Below are positions 1-12,700 of a stretch of 64,000 nt of DNA, piece after piece. The stretch comes from Monocercomonoides exilis PA203. Lineage: Eukaryota > Protista > Preaxostyla. Both the position numbers and the translations under genes were made by a program. Below the pieces are notes generated by a model. That model was not told the DNA's origin. It ran no database searches and saw only the letters and a program-made list of their open reading frames with translations. The stretch is from assembly GCA_001643675.2 (NCBI GenBank), contig LSRY02000021.1, positions 124,001 to 188,000 of the forward strand, in the 5' to 3' direction. Numbering within the stretch: position 1 is the stretch's first letter; the number at the start of each line of letters is the position of its first letter.

Positions 1-17
1 ACAAAAAATTTTTGTAG

Positions 18-2062
18 CTTCTTATTTTTCATCAAGAATGAACCACAACAAGAAGAACAACAAGAAAACGAAGTTAAGTCGCCCTCAGCTTTTGATGAAG
101 CCTTTTACTTTGCAAAATTTGGAGTGGGCATAGGGCAAGAGGAATTAACACAAATTTTGCTCCATATGAAGCGTTTTTTTTCAAAGCTTCCTCTGAAAAC
201 AATCAGATTATTTGGTAAATTTTATGGACTGAACAAAAACTATTACGTTGTTGAAGGTGAACTTTTATCTGAGCTGGAAGAAGAAGAAGGATCAGGAGAG
301 GCACCAGAAGAAAACGTTGAAAATGAAGGACAAGCTATTGAAGAGGGAGGAGAACTTCAAGAAGAAGAAGGAGAAGAAGCACCAGGTGAACCAGCCAGTT
401 TGACATCTCTCTATTTTTTTTGTTTTTTGTTTTTATTTAAATATCATTACAGTCGAGCCCGACATTGACGAACCACAAACTCCGCGCCCAATAGAAAGGA
501 AATTACCAGAAGAAATACCGAAAGAGGAAAGAAAACCTTTGTCTCCAAACCAATTTGTTTATTGGGCTTGCAACGGACGTATGCTACAATATTTATTAAA
601 AATTACCTTTTAAACAATTCATAATTGTTTATTACACGTTATTGAAACGCTTTTTTTTTTTTGCAAAATACTTTGTGTATAAACTTATTCATTTTCATTT
701 ATTTATCATTTGGGGATTGTAACACAAAAGCAACTGACAATTGGAAGCGTCTTCCCGACGTCACTCCGCAGCTCATTCGGTCTTCACGCTTTGTATGCAA
801 AATGCTGACAGGAGATTTGAATGCTAACGTCTCAACTGGCTACCCTTCATTCCCCGGCAAAGAAAAGCACTATCTCCGATGCCAAATTGCGCGTATTTCT
901 CATTCGGCCTCTGTTGTTCCCAGGGCGTGGGCGAAGAAAGTGCTGGAATCCGCGCCATCTGCTTCGTCGTCGACGAACCCTTCAGACTTTGGAGGTGCAG
1001 GCGGAATGGGAGGAGAGGAAGCAGAAGAGGCAGAGGAAGGAGGTGAGGAAGGAGAAGAAGGCGCACCGAGAAATTACTTTGGACTCTCATTCGGCGCAAG
1101 CGAAGGGATGGGGCTGCGCAAAAAGGGAGAGATTAGTGTGGATTCTCTGAAGACCACGTCAGCCTGGTGCCATCTTCGTCCTCCGATTCTTGTGCAAGGA
1201 AGAGTGGAGAAATACCCGCCTGTGGGAGAAGGAGGCGAAGAAGGGGAAGAAGAAGAAGAAGGCGGGAACGGAGATGGCAGCGAACAAAAGAAGAAGAAGA
1301 AAGAGATGGAGGAGATTCTGCCTGATCCGTGGGAAGGAGAGCCAGACGATCCAAGAGCAGGAACAAATCTGGAGCTGAAGAGGTGCATCGACGACGACAA
1401 GGGGCTCGGGGCACAGAAGCCGGGCGAAAAGGGCTGCAACGGCAGAGTGGGCTCCTTCAAGCTGCGTGCTGATCCAGCGAGCAAAGGAGCAGCTGGCTGC
1501 GAGGCAGTCCTTTTGGAGTCGAACTACTGGCCAGGCGCATACACCTTGGCATACGGGAAGGAAAGCTGCAAAGTCTCCAGGTGTGGATGATAGTAAAAAA
1601 TTGAAAAAGGAAAAGAGAAAGAAAAAGAAAAGAAAAAGATATTTGGTCAATCAATTCATTTATAATCAATATATATTTGTGTTTTATTCTCTTTTGTTCC
1701 ATGTTCATTACATTCATTTTTTCCTCTTCGTTTTTTATAAATGCACAGTATTTATATTGGATGGGGAAAGAAGCACACGATCGATACTTACACAATGCCA
1801 CCTCCGCCAAGCATCCCAGATGAATATCCCGATGTTGAAGAAATGGTATCTTTACCTCAGTCTTTTTCTTTTTGATTCAAATTATTTGTTGTTTTGCATT
1901 CTGTTCTGATAAAATTTGTTGTGATGAAACTTACAGAACGACCCAACACCAGAAGAAGAGGCCGAAGTGGCCAAGCCAAAGGAGGAGGCAATCGGTGAAG
2001 AGCAACACGAAGAAGGTGGCGAGGAGGGTGCTGAAGAAGGAGACGAATACGAAAACGAGTAA
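18..2062 (+). CDS. RSP4/6: Radial spoke head protein RSP4/6 (RSPH4A/6A family), 5'-partial, multi-exon
   Basis: Splicing at introns 398-452, 579-730, 1581-1748 and 1846-1936 joins the family motifs AFYFAKFGVGIG..RLFGKFYGLNKNYYVVEGE, FVYWACNGP..WKRLPDVTPQLIR, GYPSFPGKEKHYLRCQIARISH, SNYWPGAY, SIYIGWGKK and EYPDVEEMNDPTPEEE. Stop TAA at 2060-2062. The start lies upstream of the window. Confidence 0.92.
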
Positions 2063-2637
2063 AACAAAAATTTCCACTTGATTTTCCTTTTTCCTCACTC
2101 CACCTTTTTTGTGTTTGTGTTTTTTTTAAAAAAAAAATACTCTTTTGCGAGTGCTGTCTGCAGGATGGGCCAGCAGCACAGAGACTGAATGGCTTTCTTA
2201 CAAATACTCAGATAGGCTTGGAGAAAGAGCACTGCCCACTTCCTGGCAGAAGGCTGCTCGCTGTTATTTTTCTTTCGCAAAGCGGCACTTCACCACAACA
2301 GGCTGTGCAGCGCCACAACACTGCTTTTCTGCGTGTCTGCGCTGCAAACACACCTTTATATGCTTTTTGAAACACAAACACAAAAACAACAATTGGCCTT
2401 GAGAAATCACTTTTCATTTGAAATCAATCACTTTCAAAGACTTTTCCATTCAGTGTCTCTGCTCTCTCTCCAAATGAAACGTTCTTTTTCCTTCTTTTCG
2501 AAAAAAGGCGAAAAGTCCTTTTCTGCCTTGTCTTTGGCATGAATCCTTTTCATTCTCTCTCTTTCTCTCTTTTTTTTTCTGAGAGATCAGGCCCAGGATA
2601 AAAACGCGAGTTGTTGAAAAAAGCGAAAATCAGCTGA

Positions 2638-5600
2638 ATGGGAGTGAACATCGAGGTACTGAATGCGCTGCTGCGGGCGCTGAATGTGTGCACTCACGGA
2701 GCGGGGTCTCTGAAAATTTGATGATTTTTTGTGTTTTGTGTGTGGCTGTGTTTGTGTATTTGGGGAAAACGCAGATGACGACGGTGAGCGCGGAGCAGCT
2801 TGCGGGGTGGGGGGCGGTGGCAGACGAGGGGGCGTGCGAGGTGGAGGAGGGCGGGGTGGACATGCTGGTGGCGACGCCGGGGTTCCGGCGGATGAACGAC
2901 CAGACGCTGAACAAAAGGACGGCGTCGCACAACATGAAGGCGCTGAAGATGGGGCTGTACCTGCTGGAGGAGTGCAACTTCACGTGTGCGGGGCGGAGGG
3001 GCGACTTTTGCGAGAATTTTTTATTTTTTATTTTTTTTGCTTTGGGGCAGGGCGAGAGAGAGAGAGAGAGAGAAATGTGGCATTCTTTCAAAAATAATTG
3101 TTCGTTTTCTATTTTTTCTTTTATCTATTCATGCATCTGTGCTGGCGGGCGCAGGGTGCACAAGATCGGGCGGTGTGTGCGGGCGTTTGGGATATTTGAG
3201 GAGGAGGACGGGCTGAACTTTGAGAAGCCAGGGCTGGTGCAGAAGTGCCTGGAGGTGTGTGGGGGGCAGAGGAGATGCTTGCAACGCTCCTGACTTTTAA
3301 TTTTTTTGAAATTTTATTTTGAATTTTATTCTTTCCTGTGGCGGTGGTGGCGCAGTCGGCGAAGCTGCTGATCTCGCCGAAGCGGCTGGGAGACCATCTG
3401 AAGAGCGTGGAGGTGGAGGTGCGGCACCGGCTGCCGCTGCACGAGTTTCTGGGGATAGCGGCGGTGTGTGTGGAGAAGCCGGAGTTTGGGGAGGGGAAGG
3501 TGCGGGTGTTCTGGGGGCTGACGGGGATCGGGAGCGAGGAGGAGGCGCGGGGGTATCTGGACCGGGAGTATGAGAAGGAGGTGGAGGGGCAGAAGAAGGC
3601 GCTGGGAGGGCCGGCGGGGTGGAAGATGACGCCGAACGTGTCGTACTCGATGGGGAAGCTGCAGCTGGGGACAGAGGCAGACGACCTGGATGTGTCAGGG
3701 ATCCCCAAAATGTCGTTCAGTGTTTGCTGATTCTGTTCTTTTGTCAATGATTCATTGGGAAAACACACCGGCACTTTTTTGTTTTATTATTATTATTATT
3801 ATTTTGTGGTTGTTATTGCTGTTATTTTCGACCAGCTGAACGACATGGGGCGGGCGAGTCTGTCGCAGGAGCTGGCGTCGCTGCGGGCAGGGACGCGGGT
3901 GCTGTATGACCCGGAGACGGTGGAGAGGACGCTGGGGGCGATGAGGGAGGCGAGCGAGAAGAAAGGGGAGCGGGAGCGGAAGGCGAAGGAGCGGTCGGCG
4001 CAGAAGCTGATGCAGACGATCCAGATGACGGGGATCTCGATTGCGACAGGCGGGGCAGGTGGGACATCTGGAGGGAAGGAAGGGAAGAGAGACAAGGGAA
4101 GTGAAGGAGGAGATGAAGGAGGAGAAAAGGGAGGAGCAGAAGAGGCAGAAAAGGAAGGAGAAATGGGAAAGACCCGTGAGAAAGGAGGGATGACAGCGCG
4201 GTGGATTCCGATGCTTGTTGCGTCACCGCCAGCGGGGCAGCAGCAGCAGCAGAATGCACTTTGCTCTGGCACGCTGTCTTTTGAGGCGGCGGGAGGGTCG
4301 CAGGGCTCGAGCAGGGTGGCGAGGGAGCCGGCGTCGTGGAGTGCGCCGAGTGCTCGGGATGTGCTGCCGCAGAGCAGCAGTGTGTCGCAGCTGTCGCACA
4401 ACCCGCTGCGAGTTGTGCGTGCGCCGCCAGCGCCGCTGAGACAGGGCGTGGGGAGGCGGGGTGCATTTGCAGGTGCATCTTCGGAGATTGGGAGTGGGAG
4501 TGGGAGAGGGATTGAGAGGAAGAGGCAGCCAGCAGGCGGGTGGATGACAGACCGGGGAGAGCGACGGGGGAGGGGCATTGGCGGGGCGTCTGTGCTGATG
4601 AGCTCGTTCACGCGGCGAGCGCTGGAGAAGTCGAATGTGGAGGGACGACGCTGAACGATGCAGCGGAGATGGCGAGGGCTCGGGAAAGGGGTGTTTGGGG
4701 GAGGAGCAGAGTGGATGGGATGAAAGGAGAGGCAGGAAGAGGAAGAGGAGGAGGGGAAGGGGCAACTGCAAAGCCAGCGAACTTCCATGGGCGACCGCAC
4801 TCGAAGCGTGTGTTCCACGTGTTTGCAGACCCGAATGTGACGTATGGGCTGGCGCGGTCGTCGGAGGAGATTGACGCGGAGCAGCAGAACACGTTTATCC
4901 CGAATCCGGAGTTTCTGCGGGAGTGCTTCTTCCCGCTGGAGATGCCTGCGCCGCCGGGGTGGGAGTCGCGGACGTCGCTGTTTGTGGGGCCGGAGGAGCA
5001 GAAGAAGGAGATGGAGCGGCGGCGGAGGGAGCGGCGGCGGGAGCGGTGGATTTTGCGGAAGGAGCGGGAGCGAGCAGAAGCGATGAAAGAGAGAAAGGAG
5101 AAGGAGAAGGAGGGGAAAGAGAGAGATATGTGCTTGGATGATGTGTCAGAGAAGGAAGAGAAGGAAGAGGAGAAAGGGAAGGAAAAAGAGGAAGAGAAAG
5201 GGAAGAAAGGGAAGAAAGAGGAGGATTCGATGGCAGAGTCGGAGTCAGTTTGGTCGTCGAGCGAGTCGAGTTGGGGGTCGGAGACAGAAGCAGAGGATGA
5301 GTCGGAAAGATCGCTGGCCACTCTGTCGCCATCGGTGATTGAGGAAGAGGCAGAGCACAACAGCAACAACAATGGCAGCAACAACAATAGGAAAGAAAGA
5401 GAAAGGCATAAACAGAAACAGAAGAAGAAGAAGGGTGAGGGTGAAAGGGCAGGAGATGGAGGGAGGAGGGTGCCGGCATACCACGTGTTCCACCCGCCGG
5501 TGTCGGAGAATCCGGTGTCGGAGGGGGTGTGCACGGTGCCAGTGCATCAGCTGCCGGAGCGGCTGGTGCGAGTGAAGACGCCGCCAGCGTCGGCGCGGTT

Positions 5601-8600
5601 CCGGTCGCTGCACTGGGCAGCGATAGTGCAGTCGAAGTATGTGCGGGCAGAGGAGCTGGAGTATTTTGTGGGGCAGAAGGGGGCGATCCGCGGGGTGCGG
5701 TGCCGGGATGCGGCGGAGGAGGAGGCGAAGGGGCTGAGCGGGGCAGAGCGGGTGGAGCGGCTGGCGGTGCCGCTGCGTGTGTACAACGCGGCGGTGGATG
5801 GGCGGAGCGGGGTGGATCCGTTTGCGGAGAGAACAAAGCGGAGAGAGCGAAAAGGAGAAAGAGGAGAAAGAGGAGAAAGAGGAGGAAAAGAAGGGGGCGA
5901 AGGAAGTGGCACATTTATCACACAGAGCATGTCGGCAACAATGCCAGGTGTGCAAATGAGCGGGTGGGTGGGCTGGCGAGTGAGAGAGTTTTGAAGAAAA
6001 AAAAAGAAACAAAAGAAACAAAAGAAATAATAAAGTGTTTTTATTTTTATTTTTTATTTTATTTTTTCCATTTTATTTCTCTTTCACTATGTATGTATGT
6101 ATGTATGTATGTATGTATGTATGTATGTATGTATGTATGTGTGTATGTATGTATGTATGTATGTATGTATCGGGGTTGGTTTCAGTGTTGAGGCATTCGT
6201 TCAGCGGGTCGTCTGTTGTGGTGAGTGCAGCAGACGAGGCGCTGGAGCTGGAAAGAGAAGCAGCGGCAGCATCGCGGGCAGCGACGCAGAAGCTGTTTGA
6301 GAAGCAGAGGGAGGCGCGGAAGAGGCAGCTTGCGCTGGCGAAGGAGCAGAAAGAGGAGCAGGAAGGAGGAAAGGGAAAGGGAAAGGGAAAGGGGATGGGG
6401 AGGAGGATGGGGCTGAGCTGGAATGGGAGGAGGGGAGAGGAGCGGGGAGGGAGCGAGGACGGGGTGCGCGGGGGGGGGGGGGAGGGGGGAGGGGGGAGGA
6501 GGGAAGAGCGGGGCAGGTGTGCGGAACACGAGTGGAAGCGAGCTGCTGCTGCCGGTGACAGGAGAAGAGGTGTATGCGGCATATGATGCGCCGCCGTCGA
6601 AAATTGAGGGATGCGGGAGGACAGGAAACGGTGTGTGGGAGGAGAAGCAGGAGCCGAAAAGAAAAGAAAAGAAAAAGAAAAAGAAAAAGAAAAAGAAAAA
6701 GGATGTTATGAGCAAGCCAGCTTATTTTTGTTTTTTATTTTATTATTAACCAATATTGAACTTTAAATGGATGATATAATGATTATTGATTGACTTTTGT
6801 GTGAATGCTGCTTCAGAGACAGATCACATTCTTCCGCCGCTTGTTTCTGCGCGGCAGACGTGGCAAGGGAATGTGAACGGGAATAGGACTGGGAATGGGA
6901 ATGGGATTGGGACTGGAACTGGAACGGGGCTGGGAGCAGGGAGCAGCTGGGGTGGCGTTGGTGTGGGGCCGTTGGGAGGCAGCGGGGTGTCGTATGGTGT
7001 GCCGTATGGGGCGGGGCGGCGTGGCGGGAGCGGGCGGGCGACGAACAAAGTGCAGGAGTCGATTGGGCTGTTTGAGCGGAAGATGCAGGAGCAGCGGCAG
7101 AACCTGGCGCGGATGCGGGAGTATGAAGAGCGGCGGGAGGCAGAGCGGGCAGGGTCGGGGAAGCAGGAGCTGCGGCGGCGGCGGGCAGCTGGGGCAGCAG
7201 AAGGGGTGTCGCCGACGCTGCTGCTGCTGAAGCCGCGGGGGGAGTTCTTTAAGGAATCGGAGCTTTCGTGCCTGACGACGGCGCAGAAGAAGATGATTGT
7301 GGGGGAAGAGTACAAGGTGTCAGTGATGCTGCGGGAGGACGAGAAGGAGCGGGAGCGGAGGGAAGGGGCAGTGAAGATGCGGGAGATAAGGCGGGAGCTG
7401 AACCGAAAGCTGGGAGAGAAGAACGCGAAGAGGAGGGCGATGGAGATGAGCGAGACGATGCTTGCGAGGCAGAGGAGAGAGGAAGCGAGGAGAGAGTTCT
7501 ATTTGGAGCAGAGGCAGAAAGGGCGAGTGTGGAGGGGAGATGAGTGGGGTGTGGAAGAGCAGACGAGAAGAGGATCAGAAGCAGAAGCAGAAGCAGAAAC
7601 AGAAACAGAGGCAGAAGCAGACGATGGAAGAGAGGAAGGGGAAGAAGGAGAAGAAGGAGAAGAAGGAGAAAGGGGAGAAGGCAGCGAGAATTGCGACAGG
7701 ATGGAGGATGAGAGAGGAGAAGGAAAGGAGGCAGAGGGAAGAACAAAGATTGGAAGAGGAAGGAGAGATGAGGAGTTTGGGGAGGATTTTGAGGGAGAGA
7801 CACCGAGAGGGAGAAGGTTTGGAGAAGGGGCGGAGGGAAGGGCGTCTGCGCCTGCGACAGCGAGAAGCCGAAAGGAGATGACGTTTTTGTATTCGCAGCC
7901 AGACAGTGTTGTCCGTGTTTATCCGCAGCGGATGGTGGAGCGGATGGTGCTAAGGGATTCTGTGCAGCCAGGAGAAGAGGAGGAGATGTTGCAAGTGGAT
8001 GACGATGAACATTGCCACAGCCGCCACCACCAACACCACCACCATCAGCATCCGCACCACCGCCACCGCCATCATCCTTGGAGATACGAACGGGCTGGCG
8101 ATAGCGAAGATGCAAATGAGAGTGGAAATGAAGATGGAGAAGACAGAAGTGGAGATGAAAAAGAAAGTGGAACGGGAGAGAGCACGGAGCATGAAGAGCA
8201 GGGTGGAGCGAGGCAGAGCAGAATGACGAAAGAAGCGGAAAAGGAAACACAGCAAAAAGACCAGGACAATGTCCAGGACGAGGGGCACGAGGATGAAGGG
8301 GAGAAGGAGCGAGAGAAATTAGAGGGGGAAGCTGAAGCACAAAATGGATCCGCAGGAGACGGATTAGGGGAGCCGCTGCAGGCAACGTCGCCGAGCTCAC
8401 CAGAACCAGATGAGCTTGAGCCATATCGCTTCCGTCCGCGGCCAGTGCGGCACAAAGCAAGCGACGAGAAGGGGCCACGTCTTTCATTTATCACGACATC
8501 AGAGCCATCGGCAGCCACAGTATCTACGTTTCTGTTTGGGTCGCCGACATCGCGGACAAGTGGATTGGGTGTGGAGCCGAAGCTAGGGCTTGGGGCATCA

Positions 8601-8993
8601 GACGGATGGAAGAGCGGAGGAGAAGGCCAGGAGCGTTGGACAGAGAGAACGAGCGGAGAGCAGACGGGAAGAAGTGCTGGGTTCATGGATGTCCCACTGC
8701 TGCGCCTGAGCCAGGTAAAGGGGGTTGAGAAATCGCCTCGGGAGAAGAGGGGTGCGCTGGATGGCAGCAGGACGCTTACGCCAACACAGGAGAGGGAGAA
8801 ATTACAAGGAAAACGGGGCAAAAACGAAGAGGCGAAAAACGAAAGAGGAGAAGCATTTTCGCACACGCGCAGTTCATATGCATCGTCTTTATCATCATTG
8901 TCGCTGCCAACTGACGTATTTTCAGGGTCTTCGACAATTGGATACCCTTCGGCGGCTTATTCAACTCCGATGGTGGGATTTGTATCGACGTAG
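2638..8993 (+). CDS. Large multi-exon hypothetical protein, G/E/R-rich low complexity with coiled-coil stretches (copy 1)
   Basis: G-rich coding blocks are separated by T-rich introns with GT..AG ends. Putative ATG at 2638 (MGVNIE|gt). The last exon lies in ORF 6786-8993. Apparent 1-nt frameshift at ~4643. Exon boundaries are approximate and the region could be more than one gene. Confidence 0.6.
6088..6170 (+). repeat. (TATG)n microsatellite in intron, ~20 units; the mirror copy at ~32176-32214 is 44 bp shorter
   Basis: Read directly. The mirror coordinate sum shifts from 38302 to 38346 across it. Confidence 0.95.
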
Positions 8994-9787
8994 AAGGAGT
9001 GCTCGGAGTGTCTGCAAACACAGTTATATTTGCTCTGGTGCATGTGAGAATGATTACGAATTGGCGTAAGTCAGCAGACTGTTTCACATGGCTCGGAGGA
9101 CCTGTGTCAACTGCGTCGCACTTGCTGGGGCGGACAGCGGAGCAAAGCATGGAAACATCACAAGCGAACGATATGAGGAGTTTTATTTAGTTTTGTGATT
9201 TAGGAATGCTTTAAATTGGCTGCTGCTGATAGTTGCTCATTTTTTACAAATTATTCGGGCCAGCCGGAATACTTTTGTGTTGGTTTTGTGATTCTGTGTA
9301 TATTCCAGTTTTATGAGAGGAAATTTTATTTAATGAAGGTGTACGATTTGTGCGAGAAAATTGGATAATTTTTTGTTTGTTTTGGATGAATGGAAGCAAA
9401 AAACTTCTGTCCAGCATTATCTATCGTATGCATCTCATTTGATAGGTTGCGGAAAAGTGCTTCTGCAAATATTTGCACTCGCAAAAATTAAATGACTCTT
9501 TGCTTGCACGCTTATTTCAACACCCTTTTTAGTAAAAGGAAATCAAAAAAACAATGAAGTGAATGATAAAATTTCAGTGAGAACAGGAGAGAGAGCGAGA
9601 GAAAGAAAGAAAACAAGAAAATGAGGCAAAAATGCGATAAAGCATTGAGGTGCCGTTAAGAAATGTGAGCAGAGTTTTTGAGGCTGCTGCAGGTTGACCA
9701 GATCCATTTGCAATAATGGCTAAGAAGCCTCAGTATTTTCATCAGGATGACGAAGCCTTGGAACTTTTGCTCGAAACATCAAAAGCT

Positions 9788-12700
9788 CTATTCATTGGAA
9801 GCCGCAGCGCTGCCAGAATAGTCCCCACCACCATCTTTACTCGCATAGTATCCACTTTCTGCTCCATCGTCAATTGCATCTGAGGCCGTGAGGATTACAG
9901 AGCCTGGCGGGAATCGCTGGATAAGCTCTCTCTTCATATCAGCAAGCTTGGGCCTCTGCTCGTTCTGCTGGAAAAAGCAAACTGAAACAAGACGGCTGAG
10001 CGTTGACCCGCTCACATTCGCCATATCCGGCCTTTCTCCTTTTGTAATCTTATCCCCTGCTATTACAGCTTCATACTCTCCAAAAGGGATATGCAGAGTT
10101 AGGCATTCCCACAGCATCATTCCGATCGAAAATACCACAGACTCCTTGGTTGCTCCCAACTTCTTGTTGATTAGCAGCTCTGGCGCCTTCCACCTCAAAC
10201 ACTCCTTTTTGAAATCATCCTCATCTTCAAACGCCGATGATGGTGGAGGCGAGCCTCTGCCGTTCCTGTTCGCTCTCGAGCAATCAGAGGAAGATGTGAC
10301 AATGGTAGAAGCTGAAGAGATAGATGAAGTGTCTGAGTCAGAAGAGCAGTCTGAATGCATGGCAATGCAGATGACCATATGCTCAGAGAACAGCACAATG
10401 TGAGGACTCAGGTTGGATAATGACTGAAGAGGATTTTCCATTTCATCAAAGGAGTGAAGAGCTCCATTCGCCACCCAGAACAGGATCTGAGCAGCAGTTT
10501 GCTCCCTCTCCTTCAACGAGCCAATCGCCATCTCTTTTGTCTTGTTCCTCCCATGAAGCAGCATGAACAGCGAATCCCTCAAGTCCACAATCAGCTTCTC
10601 GTGTGGTGATGAACAGGCCATTGCATCCACCAGATTCGACATCGATGAGGTTGTTGGAAACAGACTCTCTGATCGAACAAATGTGGATTCTGTGTCTGAA
10701 GTGTCTGTTGTTGAAGTGGATGAGATGGATGGTGATGGAGATCCCTTTTGCGCCTCTTCGTTGTCATCGTCTTCTTCCAACTTCTCCAATGCCCAATCTG
10801 GAATCTTGTCTGAATCTTTCCCCAGAATGTATTCAGTGGATCCGCATTCACTCAACAAATGCTCCGATGACTCCGAGTGTCCCAAGCTTTTCTCATACAC
10901 CCTCTTTTTGATCCTTTCATCGTTCTTCTTCTCAGCTTCCCTCTCTGCCCTTCTCCACTGCTCCTCCGGAGACATCTCCATCGTTATCATTTCAAACGCC
11001 TTCGGATCTTTTCTGATGTTATCGTTCACAATCTCTTGCAATTCCTCTGTCCTTCTCTTCGACTTCTTCCATCGAACAATAAATGCAACAGCAATGATTA
11101 GAACAATCAAAAACAAAACAGCAAATATCACTGCAATTATCACTGCCCATGATATTTTCACTTCTTTTCCCCCCTCGGCAATCCTTTCGTCTCCATTAAC
11201 TTTGGGCTCGCTTTGATTCTTCAGAATGAAAGAATCAGTGGAAGATGGGCCTTTGGCATCTCCAAACAAAATACACACTTTCACTTCTGCCTCGTCTTCT
11301 GCCTCACTTATTGACTCCATTTTCAGCCTCCCTTCAACTTCTGTCTCTCTCAAATATCCACTCTCATCAAATCCATATTTTTCTATCTGCTTTTCATCCC
11401 CAATCTGCATCACAACCATGAACGACAAGTTGCATGGGAGAAGGAGCTTCCCTTTGAACACAATCTCCAATTCTGTTCCTTTCTTTTTTGTTTCAATACT
11501 CTCCAACACTGGGATGAAAAATGAAGATGCTCTTTCAAAAGCAATCCCTTCAAAGCTGCATCCCTCGTTTAGTATCCACAATGATGAGTTATCTTTCACT
11601 CCATCTCCTCCTTTCATGCTGGAAATTGACAGTGAAGCTGAATCAGAGCAAACGATGTTTCTTCTCATAGATGGATAGTTATCAATTGAGGGGTTGTTGC
11701 TGCTGAAGTTTCCTGCTTCAATCGTCATATATCCTCCTCTCACTGTTATTCCTCCCTTTGAGAAGTTGCAGATTGTCGTGTCTTTCATCAATACAGAACT
11801 CTTCGTCAAATCAATAATCGAACCATTCCACTTACATATGGCATCAGCAATTCCATTCATTTCTTCGGCATCATCGATCAGGCTCCCCTCAAACTGGCAC
11901 AAATCCATCAAGACGTTTTCAGTTGACACCATCACCACTTGGCTCCCCTTCACACAATCCGAAATGCACTCACGAAAAGAACAGTTACACATTTCAAAGC
12001 CAGTCATGGATTGAGCTGCGCAAATAATGCAAGGACTTGGTTGTGATTGGCTGATGTTTGTGAATGATGACTGCGATAATAAAACAAACAAAGTTGGAAG
12101 GTTTCCTTTGAAGGAGATCAGGCTGCCATCTTGAAGAGTGATGTTTATTGCTTCTAACTTTAGGATGCTCAAATTCCGACTTGTGCCGCATTCAATCACT
12201 GGACTTGTGCTTCGAACATCGCGGATCGTCAGATCTTCAAATGTTGCACTTTCTGAATTCGACATCTGGAATACTGGCTTTGAGAATCCTAAATGGCTAA
12301 CACTACATCGATCTGCCTCAAATAACCCATTTTCAACAATCAACAGTGAAAAGTCAAAAAGGGTTCGTGAATTCTCCATTGATCCGCTCTCCGATAGGAA
12401 TGTAACAGATTCGAGAATAAGAGATCCATTCAGCTGGTGCATAAAGCACGAGCAGACAGCATTCTGCATTCCACTAAAAACAAATGAAAGCTTCTCAAAT
12501 CGAACAGATTCCGAAGTGTTCACAACTCCCTCACTCTCAAGCTCAATTTCTCTCACTTTTATCTCAGCATTCCTGTTTGCTTCCATCGACTTGATTGTAA
12601 CCTTCTGAGCAGAGCACGAACCAGTTAATGCTGTTTCATTCCAGATATACAACTGAGAATAATCTGAAGGAATAATGTGGCTCACTCCAACATTCAGCGA

